NCBI RefSeq assembly: GCF_006345805.1 | Contig: NC_043011.1 | Coordinates: 61,578,464-61,642,463 of the forward strand | Source of the DNA: Octopus sinensis | Taxonomy: Eukaryota | Direction: 5' to 3' | DNA length: 64,000 bases | Program-made: the position numbers and the translations under genes | The notes under the pieces: model-generated | Seen by the model: the letters and a program-made list of their open reading frames with translations, nothing else | The model's database searches: none | What the model was told of the DNA's origin: nothing | In this document: positions 55,577 to 64,000 of the stretch, piece after piece | Numbering within the stretch: the first letter of the stretch is position 1 | How the letters are laid out: each line of letters starts with the position of its first letter

Positions 55577-58500
55577 GATTGATTGATTGATTGATTGATT
55601 GATTCTAGTTTCAGCTTATGAGCTGTGGCCATGCTGGGGCATCGCCATTTGGTGTGGCTACTTGGTTTCACTTCATGGAGGCTTTCTAGCAGCTGCTATT
55701 TGGTGCATGAGAGAGTTCGATGCAGCTGCCCTCATCTGCCCCTCCTGCCGTGAAGTTGGTTCATCTGGGACACCTGACAGGAAGAGATCCAGCTTCATTT
55801 TAAAGACATCTGTATCCACCCCATGCAGGTCTCTCAGGTTCTTCGGGAGGATATTGAAGAGCTGTGGGCCTCGGAAGCCCAGGCTATCACAGTATCTTGT
55901 CCTACATCTTGATGGCAGGTTTGGAGTCCTTGGCACCACGCAGTGGCGCCCAGTTCTGGCATTTGCGTAATTCTCGATGCCAAAGTTCAGGACACTTCCC
56001 TCCAGGATCTTCCAGATGTATATTATGGCATATCTTTCCCGCCTACGCTCCAGGGAATATAATTTTAATCTCTTGAGTCTTTCCCAGTAGCTTACATTCT
56101 GCATAGAGGCTATCTCCTTTGTGTAGCTTCGTTGGATCGCCTCAAGTTCTGTGATCAACTTGACACTGGATGGTGACCATAGCTGAGAGCAATAGTCAAA
56201 GTGGCTTAGGACAAGTGTCTTCCAGAGGACCATCATGGTTTCTTGTTCTCTTGTTCTAAAGGTTCTAAGAATCCAGCCAGCCAGCCGTCTACATTTCATT
56301 GTCAGTTTAGCAACATGCACATGAAAGGCCGCGTCATCACTCATGTGAATACCCAGGTCACGCACTGATTGTGCCTCTGGGATTGCAATCCCTCCGGGTC
56401 CAGTGTATTCATTGGGTATTGCATTCAGTTTTGCATGCTGATAGTATAAAGCTTGAAACTTTCCAGCATTGAACTGCATGCTATTCTTTTCAGCCCACCT
56501 GTATATTTCGTCCAGCTCACATTGCAGGTGTTTAGTGTCCTCAGGGTTCTGTATTGCCTGTGAAACTTTTGTATCATCTGCATAACTTGTGATCGTGGCT
56601 CTCTGCGTGGCTGAGGGCATGTCTGAGAGGGCCATTATGAACAGTAGTGGTCCCAGAACAGTGCCCTGCGGAACACCGCTCACTATTTGTGTGTTAATGG
56701 AGGTGGCCCCATTGGCTACTACCACCTGACTTCTATCCTTCAGAAAGTCATGAAGCCATTCTCCCAGTTTTCCAACTATGCCAAGATCACGCAGTTTGTG
56801 ACATATCATTCCATGATCGACTTTATCAAAGGCCTTTGCAAAGTCGAGATATATCACTTCCACATTTGAGTGGTTGAGCAGCCGTTTCAGCACCCAGTCA
56901 TAGTGTTGTAGGAGCTGAGTTAAACAGCTTCTCCCTGGTCGGAAACCATGTTGGGTGTCGGGCAGCAAGTCATTCTCTTCAAGGAAGGTGATCAGCTTCC
57001 TTCTGACTATTCGTTCTATGACCTTGCTGATGTGTGAGGTCAGAGAGATAGGTCTATAGTTCTTGGCTTCCGCTCTGCTACCTCCTTTATGAATGGGGCA
57101 TATTTTACCTTCCTTCAGTTTTCCTGGAAGTTTGCCAGCTGCAAGGAAGCTCTGAAAGAGGAACTGCAGTGGTCTTGCTAGGACTCTCTTACATGCTTTT
57201 AGGAGGATTGCCGGGAATCCATCGGGGCCAGTAGCTGAGTCTGTTTTCATTTCATCTATAGCCTTGGTTACATCGTCTTCCTGTATATCGATGTAATCTA
57301 TCGCCGCCGCCTCTAATTTTATATCTGCAGTGGTAAAGAAGTCAGTTGGATTGGTGATTTGGAGATGCCCAAGGGGTGGAGTGAAAACACTCTTGAATTG
57401 CTCATTCAGTATTTCACTTACCCTCATTGGTTTTCCTGTAAGTGTGCCATCCTTTTCGAGGAGTGGCCCTATTCTACAGTGCACTGTAGCTGTTTCTTTG
57501 GCATACCTGTAGAAAGCTCTGGGGTTAGATTTTATGTTTTCTATAGCCCAGGCTTCTTTGTCTGCTCTTTCTTTTTCATGGGAGAGTTGCAGACATTTTT
57601 CGATTTCCAACAGTTTTAATTTTAGGCGGGACTTTTCACTGCTTTCAATCTGTTTGTTTAGGCGATTTGAAAATTTCGTACGCCGTCTCATTAAAATTTT
57701 CCTCTCTCTGGGGATTTTGTTCTTGTGTACAGTGGCCTTTCTCTCTGGGACACATTTGTAGCATATGGCTTGCATTACAGACATGAATTGTTGAAGTTTC
57801 ACGTCGATGTCTGGCGAGGAGAGACATTTAGGCCAGTTTTGTTTGAGGATCTCTTTCTCAATTTGTTTCCAGTTTGCCTTATGGTAGTTCAAGCTGGAAA
57901 GATTTTGAGGGTTTCTTGTAGGCTGCATGTCCGTGCTCTCTTTTGGCCCGTACATGGTCAGCTCTATCATGTTGTGATCCGAGAGTAGTGTCGGTGTCAC
58001 TTTCACATTATGGATGAGATCCATGTCATTTGTGAAGCAGAGATCCAGTGTGTTACCTGCCCTGGTTGGTTGGAGTATTACCTGCTCCATGTACAGGGTG
58101 TTGATGAGGTTCAGGAGGGACCTCGCCTGTCCTCGTTCACATCTTGTCATTCCTGGGAGAGAAAGGCCCTCGGGCCATCTGACATTGGGTAGATTGAAGT
58201 CTCCCATAAGAAGCACACCTATGTGTTGTTCTAATGTGGTTAGAATTTCTTCTATTTTTATAAGGCAGTCTTCAAACTTGCCCACATGGCTTGGGGCATC
58301 TGGAGGGCGATATGTAGCACACACAACTACATCAAGTTGCCTAATATGTACAATTAGTGTGTCACACACCGAGTTTGAGTATGACAAGAGGACCTGGGGT
58401 GTGAGGTCCTCACGGATGTACATAGCAACACCTCCATGACTCCTTTCTTTCCTGTCGGTCCGTAGTACAGCATACTGTGGTATGTGTAACTCCGCATCTG

Positions 58501-58592
58501 CTATGTCCGGTTTCAGGTGCGTTTCTGTAAGTGCTATGCATAAGGCTTGATTGCATGCAACAAAGTCTCTCAGGAACGGGATCTTTGTCCTG

Positions 58593-58594
<2 letters not shown>
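55577..58594 (-). mobile_element. CR1-group LINE, 5'-truncated, with uninterrupted APE endonuclease plus reverse transcriptase ORF2, short 3' UTR and (AATC)n tail
   Basis: Frame open from 58594 to 55673 (about 974 codons): [35 protein letters not shown] (APE); YRPISLTS, QHGFRPGRSC, YLDFAKAFDKV, GVPQGTVLGPLLF, YADDTK (RT); LERRRERY. Both ends abut (TA)n. Confidence 0.95.
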
Positions 58595-58660
<66 letters not shown>

Positions 58661-59292
58661 GTATATATATACGTATATTTATACTTTTATATATATATAT
58701 ATATTTATACGTATATTTATACATATATAAATATGTATTATACTACGTGTACGCATGTAAGCGCCTATATTATGTATATGAGGATGAGGTGGCGTACATA
58801 TATATATGTGTATATGTATATATATATATCTGTATATATGTATGTATATATACATATATACATACTAATATATATACATGTGTTTATGTGTGAGTACGTA
58901 CATACATATATGTTTGTGTGTGCATGTACATATACATGTTTGTGTGCGTGTGTACGTATATAGATGTTGCGAACGCAGGATATTTATACCTATATATATT
59001 ATTTTTATGAGAATATGGTTGTGTGTATATTTTTATATATCTTATATTTTATATCTTTTTTTTCTTTTTCTTAATTTTCCATCTATGAGAGTTACGTCCT
59101 TTATATTTAACGGTTTTTCGTAGCGTCTATTGCTCTTAATAGCCGACGAGAATATATCGTAACTCTTCGCTCCGACATTCGAAACTCTGAGCACTACAAT
59201 GACAACTGTTTACTGTTTGCTCTAATTTATCACATACAAAACAATCCTGTATTTCTCCAAATATCGAGGTCTCATGTTTTTGTTGTTATACA

Positions 59293-59366
<74 letters not shown>

Positions 59367-59792
59367 CATCATCATCCTCATCATCATATTACCGCCCGTA
59401 CACCTGATTGAGTACTTTCTCCCACAGAAGAATCCAATATGAATCCTTACCGTATCGATTACTCGATGAAAAACATAGAACAACACATATATATTAATTA
59501 AATTTACACAGGTTTTTATTTGCACAAGTATTCCTGGTCGCCATCGTCAAAACAGCTTCAGAACAAAATACTGCTCAGTATATGAACTGCAAGAAAAAAA
59601 AGAATTCTTTATTTACTTACTTTAATGAAATGTATTTAACGACAATTAGTCTAAGTGAATTCCATACTAAGAGAATAAATATTATTTTGTACTGATATTA
59701 CAATATATTGATAATGCAGATATAAAATGAAATGTAATAGTGCTAGAATAATACATCTCATAACAGGAATGTGATATTCAAGTCAGTATTAA

Positions 59793-60583
59793 CACGTCGT
59801 CTGCCACAGGATATCAATATGATCTGCTTCTATTTACCAAAAGGGTTTTATAAAATTTCTCAAACCAGAAAACTGAAATATTTTGTGTGGTGGTATATAG
59901 GTACATAATACATGTAATTATATTACAATGACGTGATATAAGTTATTTCATAGTAACGCAAAATGCTCAGATTGGTTTGCTATGAAGGCTTTGAGCGGAT
60001 GTTATTCATTATTTGACAATATCTCCTCATTGTATAATATATTCTTTATGTTTTCAGATTTATGGAGAATTATTATAAATTTTGATTTGTAATATATAAG
60101 ATGCCAAAAAGCCTTTCCGGTGAAAACATTGCTGGAATCGTTCAAGAACTCACGGAAAATGAACTACCGGAAAGGAGTGAACACTCAGATGCTTTAGATA
60201 CAAATTATGTAGCAAATACCAGTGGAACTAATACCAGTGAGGCTAGATCTACTGACGAAGATGAACAATTAGTTGCTCGAGGTCGTAAGAGACAACGCAG
60301 TTCTCCGGCACCAACTGCATTGACATCTAATACTTATACCTGATATATATAGATGTTTCACCAAATATATATCCTGGCAGGTACTATGATACGAGTTAAT
60401 TCGTATCATTGGGCAAATAAAAAGTGTCTTTAGTGTTTCTACAACACACTCACAATGTTAGTTCCAGACACTAGTTCATTTTAAGCGTGTTACAATAAAG
60501 TAGACCTCTACGAGTATGTTCGTACCTTGCAAAATTGTATAGATTGCTAACTATGAGATTACTCGCAGTTGGCAGTCAACGTG
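59793..60583 (+). mobile_element. Non-autonomous, internally deleted piggyBac-like element
   Basis: TTAA at 59789-59792 and 60584-60587; 14-bp TIR CACGTCGTCTGCCA / TGGCAGTCAACGTG (2 mismatches); subterminal palindrome TGATACGAGTTAATTCGTATCA; acidic 80 aa ORF (60101-60343) like a piggyBac transposase N-terminus. Confidence 0.8.
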
Positions 60584-60813
60584 TTAACCTGTCATTTTAA
60601 CACTAATTACAGTAATATATTACATTATAACTAAAGGGGATGAGCATTATTTTGCGCTGTCATTACAAAAAAAATCAATAATGCAAATATATTATATAAA
60701 TATAAATGCTGTGTCATATTCTGAAAGTGAATTTGTAACGGAAAAAATATTGGTTATATTTGTATAAAGAGTCTCACATCAGATATATTTCTTTCAGTTG
60801 ACTTTGAATTCCC

Positions 60814-60914
60814 TCACACCAATATCGGTAGAATAAGAACTGGTAATATACTGTGTGTGGGTGTAAAACGAGTCACAGCACCACTATGGGATTTGGTTTT
60901 TGGCGCGGCTGTGG
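60814..60914 (-). CDS. Gene F exon 4, coding part (GPI-type signal)
   Basis: ttattccag acceptor; KSHSGA followed by ILPVLILPILV*. Confidence 0.85.
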
Positions 60915-63168
60915 CTGGAATAAATATGAAATATGGTGTTTATTATGGAATAATTCAGTTCTTTTTGTCTTGGTGTTGGATCGGGGACGTGCTTCAGCAT
61001 TATCTTCAAACTATAGTACAAGAAATTGACTCCACTATTTATAATTTTTCAAAGTCTGATAAATATTCCATCAGTCTCCTTCGCCGAGTTACTTTCTTAA
61101 AGAGACATAATCAAAACGGGATTGATTTTCAAAGCGTTCAAGGAGAAACCCAAGACACGCACGCTCATACGTATATACATATGTAGCTACACTCATACAT
61201 CCACGCGCACGCACATATACATACAATTTCCGTCCAGCAAATTGATTCACGGCACATAATTTGACACGGGGCTACAGTAAAGGGTACATATCCAAGGTGT
61301 CATGTTGTGAGACTGACACAGGAACTTCAGTGCTGCTAAACGATCCACACAGCCATGAAAGCATCTAAGAGTTTTCACAAAGTATTTCAATCTAACGTTC
61401 TCGCATGATAAAGATAAAGAAGTTGACTCTGAAAAAGTTTCGGAGTCACTTTTTTAGTTTCCATTTCACCACCTTTGTCATGTTCAGCGATTAAATTGAT
61501 TACCAATTCAATTCCGGTGTTGATTAAGCCGAATTAAAATATTCCATTACTGTATTGGCACTTAAATATAACAAATCATATAAGGAATTTAGGTCTCTAC
61601 TTAGTGAGAATGAATAGAACGATAAAATTTTAATACTAAACAGGTATTTTGATATATATTTTGTTGTAGACTTTATGAGCGTCATAGGTTTTGGAACAGC
61701 CATTACGGTGCGACGCGTTTGCCATCGTTAATTCGAAACTGACTAAATTGACAACAGACGTTTAAATGTTTCTCTCGTTCTGTCCCTCTATCCGTAAAGA
61801 TATGTTCGCATATGTGTGTGTGCGTGTGTGAGTGTATGCGTGTGTGTGAGAATATTTTTCTTAACGCATGCGTGTGGGAAGGTGTTTACATCAGTCGTGT
61901 TCAATTGTTGATTGTAACGTCTCTATCCCAATCCTTCTTTCGGGCTTCCTATTTGTAAATATATGTTTCTGCTTAGGCGCATTTCATACCTGCGTGCACA
62001 TGTATGTGTCTGAATATTCTATTCGTCTTCAGTGTCTAAATGTATTGTCGCCAAACTTTGTTAAATGTCCAGCCAGCTGTGGTGAAGCGACACCGTCGAA
62101 ACAGCGGCGTCTATTGGTTTCGTTCAGAGATTTTTATGTCATCTTAATGTCATCTAAATATAAAATCGATGTCAGTTGGGTATATTCTCTCATCTAAAAA
62201 TTGACAGAAGTAATTATCGCTTAGAAATTAAGTCGATAAATGGAATCTGATAATAAGATTATATATTTATATCTTACGAGCGCAGTCATTGTTCACATAT
62301 TCGTCAAGGTACTCATTAACACAATACCAGTGTTTTTTGGCAACACATAATTCATATTCGTAATAAAATCTGAAAAGCAAATACAAAATCAGTGGATTAT
62401 GTTCTAGGAGAGAAGACTTAATATAACTGGCAATAAGTACACTACACCCATCCGCTGCCACTTGCTACCTTATATGGCGCGGAAATAGGTATCATGTTTT
62501 CAGGAATTATTTTTGGTGCTTACATAATTGCAATCGGATGTTAAAAGAGTTGACAATCACTTCCTTCCCAACGATCTCTCAACGAAAAAATCAAAGACAA
62601 GACGGCTGGAGGAAGGGCAGATTGCATCAGCATCGATTTCTACTCATTGAAGGAAGAAATACTTCACTTAAAACTACTATCCTTCAATTTTGGAAATATT
62701 TTGCGCTCTAAATGTGCTTTAAATAAATTTGATTTATGTTTATGCTGGAGTTTAGGTTATCTGTGTATTTGGTAATCTTCGATAATGACATTGGATGTCA
62801 TATACAGATCGTCGACCTTGTTTGTCCGGTTTGCAAACAAATCTTATTGTGGTTGACATTTGTTATTCATTTTTATACTTATATATCACTGAAAAAATTC
62901 TAGAGTATTTAGTTTGAGTCACACCACCAAACAATCTTTTGTTGAGTACCGATGCGAAAAAATATTTATAATTGACATTGAATTCTATCGACGTTTATAA
63001 AACTTAGAATTAAACATAATTATTACATTAATAAAATTAGCTATAAGATAAATAAAAAGGTTACGTACTGACAGTTTTTAGGACCTTTGATTCCTTTGTC
63101 ATATTTCACGATGTGAGGGCAAACGACATGGGGCGCACATACTCTGACCCGCAGTTCTCTATCTTTCA
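60814..63168 (-). CDS. Gene F, partial (exons 2-4; 5' exon(s) lie beyond the right edge), six-cysteine GPI-type protein, closest paralogue of gene E
   Basis: join(63168-63069, 62369-62278, 60914-60814): xKDRELRVRVCAPHVVCPHIVKYDKGIKGPKNCQFYYEYELCVAKKHWYCVNEYLDEYVNNDCAPTAAPKTKSHSGAVTRFTPTHSILPVLILPILV*. Confidence 0.85.
62278..62369 (-). CDS. Gene F exon 3
   Basis: ttgcttttcag acceptor, gtaaga donor, 92 nt; 17/30 aa identical to gene E exon 3 (manual count). Confidence 0.88.
63069..63168 (-). CDS. Gene F exon 2
   Basis: tatattag acceptor, gtacgt donor, 100 nt, CAPHVVCP...NC. Confidence 0.85.
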
Positions 63169-63333
63169 CTAATATAATAACTTTAGTATCAATATTGTTG
63201 CCGCATTTAAAACATATGAAACGGAATGTTTAGGAAAACAGGTATATTTTATTTATCATTGTCGATTAGAAATTCTAATATGGAATTGGATATGATGGAG
63301 AAAACATTTAAGTATCTTCTAATATATTTGGCA

Positions 63334-63570
63334 GTAAGGCGGCGAGCTAGCAGAAACGTTAGCACGCCGGATGAAATTCTAAGCGGTATATCGTCTGCCT
63401 TTACGTTCTGAGTTCAAATACCGCCGAGGTCGACTTTGCCTTTTATTCTTTTGGGTTCGATATATTAAGGACCAGTTACGTACTGGTGTCGATATAATTT
63501 GACCGTTTCGGGGTCGATAAATTGAGTATCAGTTACGTACTGAGGTCGATCTAATCGACTGGTCCCCCTC
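63334..63570 (+). mobile_element. SINE family 1
   Basis: Match to 499-600 with a different 3' end. Confidence 0.8.
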
Positions 63571-64000
63571 CCTCAAAACTGCAGTATATATATATATATG
63601 AAAAAAACAAGTCACGATAGAAAATGCTAAAATAATTTTATAAAGAACATTTCAGAACCGGTTTCAGTCATTTGAGACCTTTTCAACTGTAACGATTAAA
63701 TAATTAAATTTAGAAAAATTAAAAGAAAAGTTTTTTTAAAAGAATATTTGTATAGTTTTCAAATATAAGTGGCATTTTCCTTGTTTCTGCCTTTCTCTGT
63801 CTCTCTAGTTCACACTTGTGGGTTCGAGGGCGTTGTGAATTCTTGGTAGGGAAGAAGAAGAAGAAGGATGAGGAGATGGGGGGAGAATTTGGGAGTGCCT
63901 TGATTGTCGTATTTTGAGTGGTCATTGGCGGCTACCAGTTGCTCGTCAATTCATGAGAATATTTCTATTGAAAGGTTTGTTTATAGAATTTGCGTAGGTG

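Noticed and set aside
60857-61186. Plus-strand ORF with a hydrophobic stretch (YGIIQFFLSWCWIG) reminiscent of Stum/Spec3 membrane proteins
   Set aside because: It overlaps the antisense of gene F exon 4 and intron 3; the homologous plus-strand frames at 42740 and 8430 are not conserved, whereas the minus-strand GPI exon is.

Overview
AT-rich, microsatellite-dense metazoan genomic DNA. The SINE families and repeat landscape suggest an octopus (coleoid cephalopod); this is inference. The ORF track is almost entirely microsatellite or transposon artefact and misses the main content. Reading splice signals by hand gives a cluster of six paralogous, intron-split genes, labelled A-F from left to right. 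B, C, D and E are complete, A is exon 1 only, and F lacks its 5' exon(s). The complete ones encode 103-112 aa proteins with an N-terminal signal peptide, a six-cysteine domain (C-x5-C-P-x13..17-C-x8-C-x7-C-x11/12-C) and a C-terminal small-residue plus hydrophobic tail typical of a GPI-anchor signal. Exon sizes and intron phases (1,2,1) are conserved while the inter-cysteine residues are highly divergent. I do not recognise the family. The introns and spacers hold: a 5'-truncated CR1-group LINE with a stop-free ORF2 of about 974 codons; many SINEs; remnants of R4/Dong, Penelope-like, Tc1/mariner, Helitron and piggyBac elements; a solo LTR; several foldback elements; and a 3.15 kb (TACA)n array.
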